NCBI GenBank assembly: GCA_951406725.2
Contig: OX597831.1
Location: 35,960,001 to 36,024,000, forward strand
DNA: 64,000 nucleotides
Direction: 5' to 3'
Origin: Octopus vulgaris
Lineage: Eukaryota
The notes beneath the pieces are model-generated. The model was not told the origin of the DNA. It made no database searches and saw only the letters and a list, made by a program, of their open reading frames with translations. Each line of letters begins with the position of its first letter. Position 1 is the stretch's first letter. Shown piece after piece: positions 1 through 13,892 of the stretch. Position numbers and translations under genes: made by a program.

Positions 1-360
1 CACTGATCTAACAATATGAAAAAGAATATCTGAAAGCATCCACCTTCCATATTCTACCTATGGTCTTAACATAGCAGAATTACAATGAATGCAAGTAATA
101 CATAATTCAATAGATTTCTTGCTGTGATGAAATAAAGATTTGCTGGGGTGGGGTCGTATTGTTGGCTAATTGGGGGTGGTGTGCAACAAAAATTCTAATA
201 CTTCAAGTGTTAGGGATAAGATGACCATTGGCTTTTTAGCATGTGGATGTGGTGTACAACATATTGCATCCCTGGAAATCAGTGTCACTTCCACATCTAC
301 TTTCTTGCTTGTTTTTTTTTTGTCTAATGGACAGTTTTTTTTTCTTGTGGATTGGGACCA

Positions 361-838
361 GGCTGTGTGTTGTGTCAGGCTCACAATCATGAGGTAATGA
401 GTTCAATTCCCAGACAGACCGAGTTGTGTATTGTGTTCTTGAGCAAGACACTTTATTTCACGTTGCTCCAGTCCACTCAGTGTAGAAATGAGTTGTGATG
501 TCACTGGTGCCAAGCTGTATTGGCCCCTTGAATAGCATTGGTGGCATAGAGAAGGGATGCTGGTATGCATGGGCGACTGCTGGTCTTCCATAAACAACCT
601 TGCCCGGACTTGTGCCTTGGAAGGGAACATTCTAGATGCAATTCCATGGTCATTCATGACTGAAGGGTTTCTTTACCCTTTACCCTATATACATATAATG
701 GCATGGAAAAGGAAGACTGGAATGCAATGGCCAACTGCTGGTCCTCCATAAACAACCTTGCCCAGACCTGTGCTTTGGAGGGTAACTTTTGATGTGCAAT
801 CCCATGGTCATTCATGACCGAAGGGTGTCTTTACCCTT
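361..838 (+). mobile_element. tRNA-derived SINE (family D, CORE-like), followed by a second copy of its 3' tail
   Basis: B-box-like GAGTTCAATTCC at ~399, then TTCTTGAGCAAGACACTTT...CCAGTCCACTCAG core. The tail CCATAAACAACCTTGCCC...CATTCATGAC.GAAGGG..TCTTTACCCTTT occurs at 588-684 and 746-838, and inverted at 8820-8910. Confidence 0.75.
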
Positions 839-1489
839 TTATTTCATCCAAATAAAATAAGTTACACATTTTTCTTCTTTGCTGGAATCTAGTAAATTAC
901 ATTTTATTAGTTGAGTACTCAAAGCCCAAATTACAATCACAGTTACAACATCAAGAAATAAATAAAATGTTAACTTGACAGTTTTTCTGAGCTTTAGATG
1001 ACAAGAATGGACTTCCCATGTAATTGCTTCAGCTTCAATACAAAATTTCAGATCAAGACACTTGCCAGAACAATAAAAAAAAAACAAAAAACAAAAAAAA
1101 ACAACTGCAAAAGAATAAACAAAAGCACAAAAATAAAACAAATCCTCTCCAACGTGACCCTCCCTCTTTTAAAAATCCTCTCCATCACACAAGCTCTCAC
1201 CAAGTAATTCCATTCATTTGCTACACCAAATACCCTCTTGTTTATATATCTGTACCTTGTCTTCAAAAATACCCATTGAGGTTCACTGTTGGGTTATTTC
1301 ACACTGAATGATAACGATACACTTGAGTGATCGTTAACTTTGCGCAATTGCTTTCTGTTCATCAAACCTCTATTATAACAACTCTCAGAATAGATTGGCC
1401 TCTAAAAAAAAACAAAAAAAAACCCTTTAAAAATACAAACATACAAAATCAATAATAAAAATTGCTACAGCTGCTGCTACTGGCACTGC

Positions 1490-1866
1490 TACTACTATTA
1501 CTACTACTACTGATGATGATAATGATGATTATGATGATGATGATGATAATATTAGCAGTTCTGAAATAATACCACCATGGTCTCCACCATAACTTCCACA
1601 ATCTCTACCCTTAGCAGCAACATCAGCACCACCACCACCACCAACAACAACAACAGCAACAACAACACTACCACTACCACCACCACCACCACCACCAACA
1701 ACAACAGAAATAATTCCTTTTAATAATATTAACAGTAGTGGTAGTAGTAGTAATAATAACAACAACAACAATAATTATAATAATAATAATAATCATAATA
1801 ATGATAATAATAATCATTATAATAATAATGATAATAATAATAATGATAATAATAATAATCATAATA
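1490..1866. repeat. Compound trinucleotide microsatellites (CTA/GAT/CAC/CAA/TAG/TAA)
   Basis: Visible directly in the sequence. Confidence 0.95.
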
Positions 1867-2825
1867 TCTTTGTGTCTAGTTGCAAGTACCATTGGTTATG
1901 CTTCAGTTGGGTTAGGTAATTGAAACAAATCGATCGATCGACTTCCGTTCTTCATCTATGCATCATGTATTGAAAATATAAACAATATGTTTTTGGAATT
2001 TGGAAAGAAAAAGGAAAAAAAGAAAACAGAAGACAAATGTAAAGAAAAAAAATTAAGAAAAAATTAAAAAGATGTCAATGAATATTTTAGCTGTTTTTTT
2101 TACCCCCAAAAATTTTAAATAATTTAACAAAAAAAATTTTTTACTACTTTAATAATAGTTTTTATTTTCATTTCATTAAAGATAATTTTTATTTGTTCTG
2201 AGCATTATCATTATTATTTTTTTTTGCTTGTTGTTGATGTTGATTTTCATGTTTTTGTGTCTATTTCTATTTATTTATTTATTCATTCAAAGTGATATTT
2301 TTCATTCAAGGTAAATTTATTGCAATCAATATCATAAAGCAGCAGGCTGGAAAGTAACGTGTGTGTGTGTGTGTGTGTATACATATGCATGTATATGTAT
2401 GTATATACAGAATGTATACATATGCACATGTTTATATTATATGCATGAATATTTATGAATATATATGTGTGTGTGTATGTGTACATATGTGTGTCTAAAT
2501 GGTGCATATCTATTTTGTAATTATTCATGTTCCAGAATCTTCTATTCTGTTCCAATTTTCTCATGCAGACACACAAATTGCTCTGAATTATTTAATTTAT
2601 CTTAAATCTTTTATTGAGCACTCTCTACAAAATTTAACATATGAATTAAGATTTTATTATTATTTTTTAGATTTCATGCTTGTCTATTATTTATATCTTT
2701 CGATAAATAACACCATCTTCTAATAATTTACCTTGTTTGCTGATTATTTTTCATCATAAGAAAATTTGCCTTGTCTTCTTCTGGCCTCTCTGGAAAATTT
2801 GCTCATATTTAGATGAATTAAGATT

Positions 2826-3070
2826 TTACATTATTTACATTTAACGGATATTTGTCCTCATCTTGTTTGTTGTTAACACAATGTTTCAGCTGATATCCCC
2901 TCCAGCCTTCTTCAGGTTTCTTGGGGAAATTTCGAACCTGGGTTCTCATTCCTAAAGTATTTTTCGATGTTATTATTATTATTATTATTATTATTCAGGT
3001 CACTGCCTGGAATTGAACTTGGAATCTTGGGGTTAGTAGCCCGCGCTCTTAACCACTATGCCATATGCCC
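2826..3070 (-). mobile_element. tRNA-derived SINE carrying a hammerhead-like motif
   Basis: Minus-strand head GGGCATATGGCATAGTGGTTAAGAGCGCGGGCTACTAACCCCAAGATTCCAAGTTCAATTCC has box A (TGGCATAGTGG) and box B (GTTCAATTCC). It is followed by internal (AAT)n and an AATGTAAAT-repeat tail. Confidence 0.75.
2876..2919 (-). ncRNA. Degenerate minimal type I hammerhead ribozyme motif inside the SINE
   Basis: Minus strand: aaac CTGAAGA a ggctg gaggggatat cagct GAAAC ATT gtgt. Core boxes present; stem II ggctg/cagct; stem I aaac/gtgt with one mismatch. Confidence 0.6.
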
Positions 3071-3534
3071 ATATTAAAATTTTGTTTGGACTCTATAGAT
3101 TACATGTGTGTACTCCTATTCTCAACGTTCAATTTAAACATAATAATTTACAATCAATAAATTTTATCTTGGGCTCTAACAACTGCCACTTGGCTTTATC
3201 ATCATCATATATATACGTCCGTTCTCCATATATGGATATTTTTTAAGGCTGCACCAGGCTCCAGAAATGTTTTACAGCTGGAGACGCCAACCACTCCGTA
3301 GGTAGTGGGTGTTTTACGTGCCACCTGCACGTAAAATATATATATATATTTTTTAATTCCAAGAAAGTTAGAGGCTGTGAATCCAACCAACTAAGGGATA
3401 ATATCTATCCAATATACTGCTGGTAGAATACCCAATTATTAATACACAAGTGTTTTTTATTGCATTGCAATTACATTACCGAGTGTACTAAATGGGTGAA
3501 GGTAAAGAGATATTTTACCATTAATTTACATAGC

Positions 3535-3898
3535 AATAAGAAAATGGAGGGGATCAATAGGTGGTTTATCAACTTTTAGACATTATATTATGTTAACTTA
3601 TTTATTTATTTACTAAACTGACAATTACAAGAATATACATACATGTATAACATATGCTTTACATATAAGATATAAAATATATTAATATATAAAGATATTC
3701 CTGTATATTATATTTTAATAATTACTGGTATCTTTATATATTAATATATTTTATGTGTTAAGCATATGCTATGCATAATATGTTATACATGTATGTATAT
3801 TCTTGTAATTGTCATTTTAGTAAATGAATAAATAAGTTGACATAATATAATGTCTAAAAGTTGATGAACCACCTATTGATCCCTTCCATTTTCTTATT
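3535..3898. repeat. Long imperfect palindrome (foldback) abutting (CT)n(AT)n
   Basis: 3535-3652 is the reverse complement of 3779-3898. Inner arms are 3672-3697 and 3729-3754. Confidence 0.9.
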
Positions 3899-3899
3899 A

Positions 3900-3975
<76 letters not shown>

Positions 3976-3979
<4 letters not shown>

Positions 3980-4060
3980 AGAGTAAGCACATAAATATGA
4001 AACAAGGTGGAAAAAGAGTACTCAAATACCAGAGGTAGAGTAATATACTTCATTTATAAT
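3976..4060 (-). mobile_element. 3' terminal fragment of the PLE family at 47884-50152, inside (TA)n
   Basis: Reverse complement of 50075-50152 (TATTACTCTACCTCTGGTATTTGAGTACTC...TGCTTACTC.GGTATATA). Confidence 0.8.
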
Positions 4061-4063
4061 ATG

Positions 4064-4106
<43 letters not shown>

Positions 4107-4129
4107 AGTGTAAGTAAAAAATTATATGC

Positions 4130-4990
4130 TCTCTTGTTTCTGTAATTTGTTAAAACAGAAGCAGGGGTTGAACAATTACATCATTTTTGTCAAAATAGAC
4201 CCTTTGTTTTTTTTATGCATATCTTCCAGCACTCCACAAACTTGCTTATTTGATTTGAGATGAAGGTTTACAGCTGGTTGCACAGCCATTTATGCACCAC
4301 TTCTTGCACGTCTTCATCTGTAGCAAACTGACCAACTTGTAAAGGATGTTTGTAGTTGTCCAAAGGGGTGGTAGTCAGAAAATGCAAGATCTGGACTGTA
4401 TGTAGGGTGTTCCAGCAACATGACACCCAATTTTTAAAAGGTTTTAATGGCATGGTCTATTATCAAAGCAAAATGCCACATTTTGTTTTGACAATAGACA
4501 TTGGCATTTGAGGCAATTTCCTGGTTTCAGTTTGTTGGTCAGCATTTCCCTGGAGCCTACGCTAGTAACTGTTGACCCCTTTTCTAGATAATGCTTCAGC
4601 ATAGGTAGCAAAAATAAAGGGCTTCAAATTCTAGTTGAAGGCCAAAAATTTTAAGGGCCAGGTTGACTGATAATTATTGACTCCCAAATGTTAAAAAGAA
4701 AAATCTACCTCGACGGAATTTGAAACCATTTGAAGATTCTATCCCGAAATGAAACTAACAGTCACTGTGGGGAATTAAACATTCACGGTCAGTGAGGTTG
4801 TCAGTTCAATTCTCAGTGACGTGTTGTGTCCTTGAGCAAGACACTTTATTTCACATTACTCCAGTTCTCTCAGCTGGCAAAAATAAGTTCCTTTTGCATC
4901 CCAAGAAATGGTTAGCATCACTTTTTCTATGAAAGGTTGTCTTGAATTTCTTTTATGCTGGTAATTCTGTGTTTCCACACCATATTCTGT
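4130..4990 (-). pseudogene. Mariner-family transposase relic, interrupted by SINE pieces
   Basis: Minus-strand translation KLGVMLLEHPTYSPDLAFSDYHPFGQL (mariner YSPDLAP.D motif), then DEDVQEVVHKWLCNQL in another frame. An upstream WKH segment lies near 4930-4990. Confidence 0.8.
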
Positions 4991-5007
4991 ATTTTGGGTT
5001 CTGGCTC

Positions 5008-5230
5008 ATCATCATCATCATCATCAGCATCATTTAACATCCGTTTTCCATGCTGGCATAGGTTGGATGGTTTGACTGAAAACAGGTAAGCTAGGGAGCT
5101 GCACCAGGCTCTGATCTGATTTGGCATGGTTTCTACAGCTGGATGCCCTTCCTAATGCCAACCACTCAGAGAGTGTAGTGTGTTTTTACGTACCACCAGC
5201 ATGGGTGTCATTGTCCTGACACTGGCATAA
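5008..5230 (-). mobile_element. RTE-LINE 3' end / RTE-tailed element (family B) with (GAT)n tail
   Basis: (CAT)n-TTTAACATCCGTTTTCCATGCTGGCAT...CTGGATGCCCTTCCTAATGCCAACCAC. The same sequence follows RTE coding remnants at 15228 and 46294. Confidence 0.8.
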
Positions 5231-5465
5231 AAACATTTACCATTTATTTTTCAATCCCTTCGAAATTTTATCCTTAATAGTGGTTTGGAATTTAACTGTC
5301 CTCTCTAGCGTGCAAGTAGTCCTATCGTGGATGCCTCTTATGTGTTTAAATGTAGACTGTATTTATATGAATAATATAGTCTATTGACTAAATTTTTACA
5401 TGCCGGGCCACTGGTAATGGAAATTTCAAATATTTCTGATTACCCTTTGATATTATCAATTATAT
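5228..5465 (+). mobile_element. 3' part of the HHR-bearing repeat family also at 21141-21575 and 41050-41430
   Basis: Shared ...CCTCTTATGTGTTTAAATGTA..CTGTATTTATATGAATAATATAGTCTATTGACTAA... sequence, ending at a microsatellite. Confidence 0.65.
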
Positions 5466-5468
5466 CTG

Positions 5469-5564
<96 letters not shown>

Positions 5565-5746
5565 TATATATGTATGTATGTGTGTGTATATATGTATGTG
5601 TGTGTGCATGTGTGTGTGGTGTATATATGTGTATACATGTTAGTGGTGCTCCATGAGTTGGCAGTGTCCCACCATGGTCATAGCCCTTGAGCTGAAACTA
5701 GTAATAAAAAGGAAATATATCTATATATTTGTGTGCATGTATATAT

Positions 5747-5779
<33 letters not shown>

Positions 5780-6564
5780 CATATATATATATATATATAC
5801 ATACATACATATACATTTATATGTACACATTTTGTTGCTTTTACATATTTAAGTTAACTTTAAGTGTGTGTATCTATGTGCATGTATGTATATATAGATA
5901 TATGTCTATCTATCTGTCTATCTATCTATATATATATATACATACACACACACATATATATGCATGTATACATATGTACATCCACATACATACATATATG
6001 TATATATGTATATACATGTGTATGTGTGCGTGTGTGTGTATACATACATAAGTACATAGACACAGAGAACAAGAAAGAGAGTAAAAGATTACGTGTACAC
6101 ACAACATATATTATAAATGCTGTGCATAACAGCATCACGTTCTGTTACATGAGTACAAATATTCATCTGGCTAATCTTTCCTTCTTTTCATTTCTGTCAT
6201 TTACCTTATCTTCACATGTTTCCAAATTGACCATCATCTTGCATATCTAAATTAATGCTGAAAGAAACTCAAACATTCAATAACTTATGGGTGTTAAGTG
6301 TGAAATATGGTTATCAGTGCATATATCGAAAAGAATGAACTTGGAAACCTCAACGTAGTTTTAGTTACTCAAATTTGTCAGCAGCAAGCACCAAGTATTC
6401 AAGGTAACGAAATGAGCTTATATAAGACAGGCACATTGAATGATGTAGTCCTAGATACTCTTGAGCATATTTTTAATCTCAGTATTGATATTTTGCATTA
6501 GTTTTTCTGCTTGAATCAGAGTTTGTACACACTGTGTAGGATAGATGTTTCTGTTCTACATATA

Positions 6565-6893
6565 CTGTGTAATAAGTAGCTTGCTTATCAGCCACATGGT
6601 CCCAGGGTCAGTCCCACTGTGTGGCACCTTGGGCAAGTGTCTTCTGCTATTGTCTTGAGGCAACCAAAGCCTTGTGAGTGGATTTGGTTGATAGAAACTG
6701 AAAGAAGCCCATATATATATATATATATCTGTGTGCGTGCGTGTTTGTCTCCCCATCATCACTTGACAATCGATGTCGGTGTGTTTACATCCCCGTAACT
6801 TAGCGGTTCGGTAATACTAGGCTTACAAAGAATAAGTCATGGGGTCGCAGTCAAGTGACTGAAACAAGTAAAAGAATAAAAGAATGAAAGAAT
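6565..6893 (+). mobile_element. tRNA-derived SINE family A, with two internal deletions
   Basis: GG.TCAGTCCCACTG.GTGGCACCTTGGGCAAGTGTCTTC head/core, internal microsatellite, GACTGAAACAAGTAAAAGA tail. Confidence 0.9.
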
Positions 6894-6989
6894 ACTAGAA
6901 TTAAAGTGTGCCTTCAGAATGCTGTTTGTAGCTTCTTCCATTTTACTTTCTACCTAAGTCCTTAAATTCACTTATCTCCCTTTATATCT

Positions 6990-7432
6990 TTAACCCTTTT
7001 GTTACCTTATTAGTTTTGAGATGCTCTGTGTTTCTTTCAACTAATTTTAACTATAACAAAGAATTTAGCAAAACGACTTAGTTATCATTAAGCTAGTGTT
7101 AGGAACATAAATTGTGACTAAGGTTTGGTGGAAGATTTTAGTTCAAAACTTATGTAAACAAGATCTTTGTACTACAGAGCCAGAGGCAGTTTCAGCTGGG
7201 TTGATATCAAAAGAGTGACCTTAACCCCTTTGTTACCATATTTCTGTTGAGATGCTCTATGTTTCTTTCAATTAATTTTTAATGTAACAAAGAATTTAGT
7301 AAAGTAACTTATTTATCATTAAGCTAGCGTTAGGAACAAATTGTGACCAAGGTTTGGCAGAATATTTTAATTCAGAACTTTTGAAAACAAGACATTTGTA
7401 CTACAGAGCCAGGTTAATATTGAAAGGGTTAA
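6990..7432. mobile_element. Two tandem piggyBac-type MITEs (~210-225 bp each)
   Basis: Ends TTAACCCTT...AAGGGTTAA (TTAA target site plus CCC terminus). Same family as 54497-55310. Confidence 0.75.
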
Positions 7433-7725
7433 AGCCTTGTACTTATTCTATTGGTCTATTTTTCTGAATCACTAGGTTAAGGGGATGTAAACACAACACT
7501 GGTTGTCAAGTAGTGGTGGGTGACAAACACACACACACTCACATGCATGCACACATACACACACACAGATATATATATATATATATATATACGATAGTCT
7601 TTTTACGTTTTCTGTCAACCAAATCCACTCACATGGCTTTGAGAGATACATGCTCAAGGTGCTTTGGAGTGGAACTGAACCCAGAACCATGCTGTTGGGA
7701 TGCAAACTTCTTACTACACAGCCAA
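7433..7725 (-). mobile_element. SINE family A, degenerate
   Basis: Reverse-complement similarity to family A. Confidence 0.8.
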
Positions 7726-8005
7726 TCACCTTGCTTGCGTGTAGAGTCAGTTGTTTTGTTATATTTTCAGTGTGTATTTTTTATGAGTTTTATTTAAATT
7801 TTAGGGGTGTTATTAAATGTTCATTACAAATCTCCGTACTTTCACGAATGTATTTGCACGGACAGGTTTCCTACTAAAGTTTTTTCCTATCTCCATACCT
7901 CATATGTATCCTTTATAGAGCTCATGAATGTTGGACATAATGTTGGTCTGTAAGAGGAATATAATATTTGAATGTAACATTCTAAAGGCACACTTTAATT
8001 CTAGT

Positions 8006-8154
8006 ATTCTTTGATTCTTTTATTCTTTTACTTGTTTCAGTCATTTGACTGTGACACCGTGACTTATTCTTTGTAAGCCTAGTATTACCGAACCACTAAG
8101 TTAAGGGGACATAAACACACCGACATCGATTGTCAAGTAATAGTGGGGAGACAA

Positions 8155-8192
<38 letters not shown>

Positions 8193-8280
8193 GATGGGCT
8201 TCTTTCAGTTTCTATCAACCAAATTCACTCACAAGGCTTTGGTTGGCTCAAGACAACAGCAGAAGACACTTGCCCAATGC
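8006..8280 (-). mobile_element. SINE family A, inverted duplicate of the 6565 copy
   Basis: Shares both deletions and ~28 bp of unique flank with 6629-6921. Confidence 0.85.
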
Positions 8281-8523
8281 TGTAATTTGTTTTTAAGTTT
8301 TATTTCGAATATTAGCTGCAGGAGGTGAGCAATTTTCTTGGTAGTTAACCACTTCAGAGAATGCTGACTATGGACTTTGTGCTACATCATATTTCTGCAT
8401 ATAATCGTCAATGATGCTGACAGAAGCATACACCTTTTCAAACATATTCTAACATTGGTGCACAGATAAACACTCAGTCACAGATACACATATACATTTA
8501 AATATACACACACACACACACAC

Positions 8524-8572
<49 letters not shown>

Positions 8573-8582
8573 TATCTATCAA

Positions 8583-8620
<38 letters not shown>

Positions 8621-8622
8621 TA

Positions 8623-8680
<58 letters not shown>

Positions 8681-9194
8681 TATCTATCAATTCATATATA
8701 TATATATATATATACATCTATCTATCAATTCATATATATATATATATATATATTATGGAGGACCAGCAGTTGGCCATTGCAATCCAGTCTTCCTTTTCCA
8801 TGCCATTATATGTATATAGGGTAAAGGGTAAAGAAACCCTTCAGTCATGAATGACTATGGAATTGCATCTAGAATGTTCCCTTCCAAGGTACAAGTCCGG
8901 GCAAGGTTGTATGTATATATATATATACATACAAATATATACATATGCATATAAAGACATGCATATATATATATCTATCTGTGCACATAAACATGTGTAA
9001 GCAATATGAGCGCACGTGGTCGCATTGTGTAGGGAATACGATCGCATGTGGTCATATTCTTAACGAATTATTACAAGCCATAAATACATGCAGTAACAAC
9101 AGAACATAAGTGAATCGACGACAAGTCTTGCTGTGGAGAGATAAATATCATTTATTTTACAACCGTGTCAATGTTAGGAGTTCGTAAGCGTTAA

Positions 9195-9790
9195 CACGTG
9201 TATGCGCATGCAACACGTGTTTGTGTCTGTGTGTTCGTGTGTGTGACAGAACAATCAGAGTGAATGCGTTTGGCATAGAAGGGTACAGAACATAGAATAT
9301 ATATTGGAAATTGGTTTACTGTTCGTATGGCTAAAACGTTGGAAACGACTTGAAGTTGATACATGATGGTGGAGACGGCGAAGATAGTAGGCTTTCTGTG
9401 ATTGCGTACATTAGCATCGTAGCTAGTGGTAGCAGGAACAATCATACATCGCTTGGTTGAGTAGCGCTGTGGTCTAAAGTTAGTTCTTAGAAGAACTGGA
9501 ACCAAAGACAAAAAGTGTCTGAAAACACTCCTTTATATACCAGTTGGGTGGCTCAAACGAGCCTCAGAAATGGAATCTTAACCAAAGGCCGTGATTGGTT
9601 GTTTCGGGACAGTGGCGCGAAAATAAGTGGAGACAAATCGCGTCACGTGTCAACCAATCAGGTTAGTGTTTACAACAGGAACAAGTTGGCCAAAGATGGC
9701 TGTAACCTCAAACGAGATCATTTCTGCCTTGCCTTTCATATAGTGAAGATATTAGAAATCGCTATAGTCATATTTCAAAATGGCTGAAAC
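9195..9790 (-). promoter_or_regulatory. Putative Pol II promoter (TATA, CCAAT x2, E2F, E-boxes, YY1-like, NRF1-like)
   Basis: Unique CpG-retaining sequence. TATATAAA (minus) 9532-9539; ATTGG 9594-9598; GGCGCGAAA (E2F TTTCGCGCC) 9614-9622; CACGTG at 9644, 9214 and 9195; CCAAT 9654; AAGATGGC 9693; CAAAATGGC 9776; TGCGCATGCA 9203. Confidence 0.65.
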
Positions 9791-10089
9791 TGCCTCGCTA
9801 CACATGTATATAGAAAATTGAAAAATACAAATATAATAAAAAGATAATCTTACTTGAAATCACCCAAGATGAGTTTAATTCATTTATTCCAGATTCCTTA
9901 TTGAATTTCTTGACAGATGATAGTGAACTATAAACACACACACACACACACACACACATGTTAGCAAAAATACTAAAAAGAAACATTAAAAATGTATGTG
10001 CATGTGTACGTGTAAATATACATATATATATTCACACATGCACAAATACATGTGCTCAACCACAATAAACGGACTCATACAGGTATGCA

Positions 10090-11360
<1,271 letters not shown>

Positions 11361-11706
11361 ACAAAGAAATCCAATGAATGCATGCACAATGTGGTGATGT
11401 GTTGCTGGAGGAACAAAGATAATAGATGTGGATTGGAGGAGATTGGATAAGGAAAATTTTTGAAGGCTTAACAGAGGGTCGGAGAGAAAGAACAGATGCA
11501 TTATCACCATTATCAACATCACTACCACCACCACCACCACTACTACCACTACCAACGCTACCACCACCACCACAACGACCCTCCGTCACCACTGCCACCA
11601 CCACCACGAAAACCTCTTGGCAGCCAATATAGCTCACAACACTTTTGTGCAAACAGCCCTGGAGCAAAACAAAATGGAGATCATTGTGTCAAAGTAGTAC
11701 AAAATA

Positions 11707-12080
11707 TAGGAGTGGTTGTGTGGTAAGTAGCTTGTTTACCAACCACATGGCTCCGGGTTCAGTCCCACTGCGTGGCACCTTGGGCAAGTGTTTTCTACTA
11801 TAGCCTCGGGCCGACCAAAGCCATCTGACTGGATTTGGTAAACTGAAAGAAGCCCGTCGTATATGTGTGTCTGTGTTTGTCCCCCCAACATCACTTGACA
11901 ACCGATGCTGATGTGTTTATGTCCCCGTCACTTAGCGTTTCGGCAAAAGAGACCGATAGAATAAGTACTGGGCTTACAAAAGAATAAGTCCCGGGGTCGA
12001 GTTGCTCGATTAAAGGCGGTGCTCCAGCATGGCCGCAGTCAAATGACTGAAACAAGTAAAAGAGTAAAAGAGTAAAGAGT
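11707..12080 (+). mobile_element. SINE family A, near full length
   Basis: AGGAGTGGTTGTGTGGTAAGTAGCTTG...GGGTTCAGTCCC (box B)...GACTGAAACAAGTAAAAGAGTAAAAGAG. Confidence 0.9.
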
Positions 12081-12207
12081 AGAGTGACTCTGTTTCAACG
12101 AACATGATCAGGCTAACAGGTTGCAAGGCAAAGGAGAAAAGAAGCCTCAAATATATCGCCAGCACTAACCTATAATCTTCATACTTGCAATACCCGTGGG
12201 CTTCTAA

Positions 12208-12720
12208 GGCGGGGGGAGCTGGCTGAAATGTTAGCACACCGTGATGAAATGCTTGGCAGTATTTTGTCTGCCGCTACATTTTGAGTTCAAATTCCGCCGA
12301 GGTCGACTTTGCTTTCATCCTTTCGGGGTCAATTAAATAAGTACCAGTTACGCACTGGGGTCGATGTAATCGACTTGTCATGCTCTGTGTCATGCTGAAT
12401 CTCCTCGAGAACTATGTTAAGGGTACACACGTCTGTGGAGTACTCAGCCACTTGCATGTTACTAAATGAGCTGCAGCATCACCGGTGCCAAGCTGCATCG
12501 GCTTTTGCCTTTCGCTTGGATAACATCATTGGCGTGGAGATGGGAGGCTGGTATGCATGTGTTGGGCTCACAATCATGAAGTAGTGAGTTCAATTCTGAG
12601 ACCGGGCTATGTGTTTTGTTCCGCTGGTCTTCCATAAACAACCTTGCCCAGACCTGTGCCTCGGAGGGTAACTTTCTAGGTGCAATCCCATGGTCATTCC
12701 TAACTGAAGGGGGTCACACA
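12208..12720 (+). mobile_element. SINE family C fused to family D pieces
   Basis: GGCGG.GAGCTGGC.GAAA.GTTAGCAC...GAGTTCAAATTCCGCCGAGGTCGACTTTGC.TTTCATCCTTTCGGGGTC, followed by family D body and tail fragments. Confidence 0.75.
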
Positions 12721-12749
12721 ATACATAAATACATACATACATACATACA

Positions 12750-12785
<36 letters not shown>

Positions 12786-12935
12786 TATGTAAAAACATTG
12801 CAGCATGGAAGGTGTTTATAAGCCATTTAAAAACACACAAAAGCCGTTAGTGTTTTTAAATGGCTTCCACGCTGCAATTGTTTTTGTTTCAGAACACGAT
12901 CTCAGGTCAGGTCACTTGCTATGCAAGTACTTCTT

Positions 12936-13309
12936 CATAATAAGTTTAGGTTAGTCAAAATATGTTTGTGACACATTTCAACTGCTAAAAGGTAAATTAA
13001 CTGCCGTTACCATGGAAGAAATATCTCTCTTATTGTAAAAGGTGTGAAAACATCTGGTTTGTTCAATGTCACCATCCATCAGGAATCTCAGACATCAATG
13101 CTTCGAGTTTTTTTTCAGACAAGAACTGAAAGTCTCAATGCATTGATGCCTGGGATTCCTGATGGATGGCAACACGGAACAAACCAGCTGTTTTCACACC
13201 TTTTACCATGAGAGAGATATTTTCTGCATGGTAACTACAGTGAATTTGGCTTTCTTAACTGCTGAAATATGTCACAAACATATTTTAACTAACCTAAATT
13301 TTACTTATG
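12936..13309. repeat. ~370 bp imperfect foldback
   Basis: Arms TTTAGGTTAGTCAAAATATGTTTGTGAC...CATCAATGC and GCATTGATG...GTCACAAACATATTTTAACTAACCTAAA, centred at ~13122. Confidence 0.9.
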
Positions 13310-13336
13310 CCTAAACACTCCTTGGTGCTAACATTT

Positions 13337-13851
<515 letters not shown>

Positions 13852-13892
13852 ATCTATCTATCTATCCACACACACACACACATATATACATA

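Noticed and set aside
2995-3070. Functional tRNA genes (also 32115-32185 and other SINE heads)
   Set aside because: Acceptor stems do not close, and each head continues into a repeat body.
8350-8415. Box C/D snoRNA-like pattern on the minus strand (TGACGA...CAGA...ATGATG...CTGA)
   Set aside because: Boxes are degenerate, the terminal stem is weak, and I could not identify an rRNA or snRNA target.
9191-9511. 106-aa ORF with faint histone H3-like words (TK...PAT, AKRI) below a histone-like promoter
   Set aside because: No colinear similarity to H3, no histone stem-loop, and the ORF starts at TTG.
13155-13190. Hammerhead-like CTGATGG...GGAAC within the 12936 foldback
   Set aside because: Both core boxes deviate in both arms, and there is no stem I or cleavage triplet.
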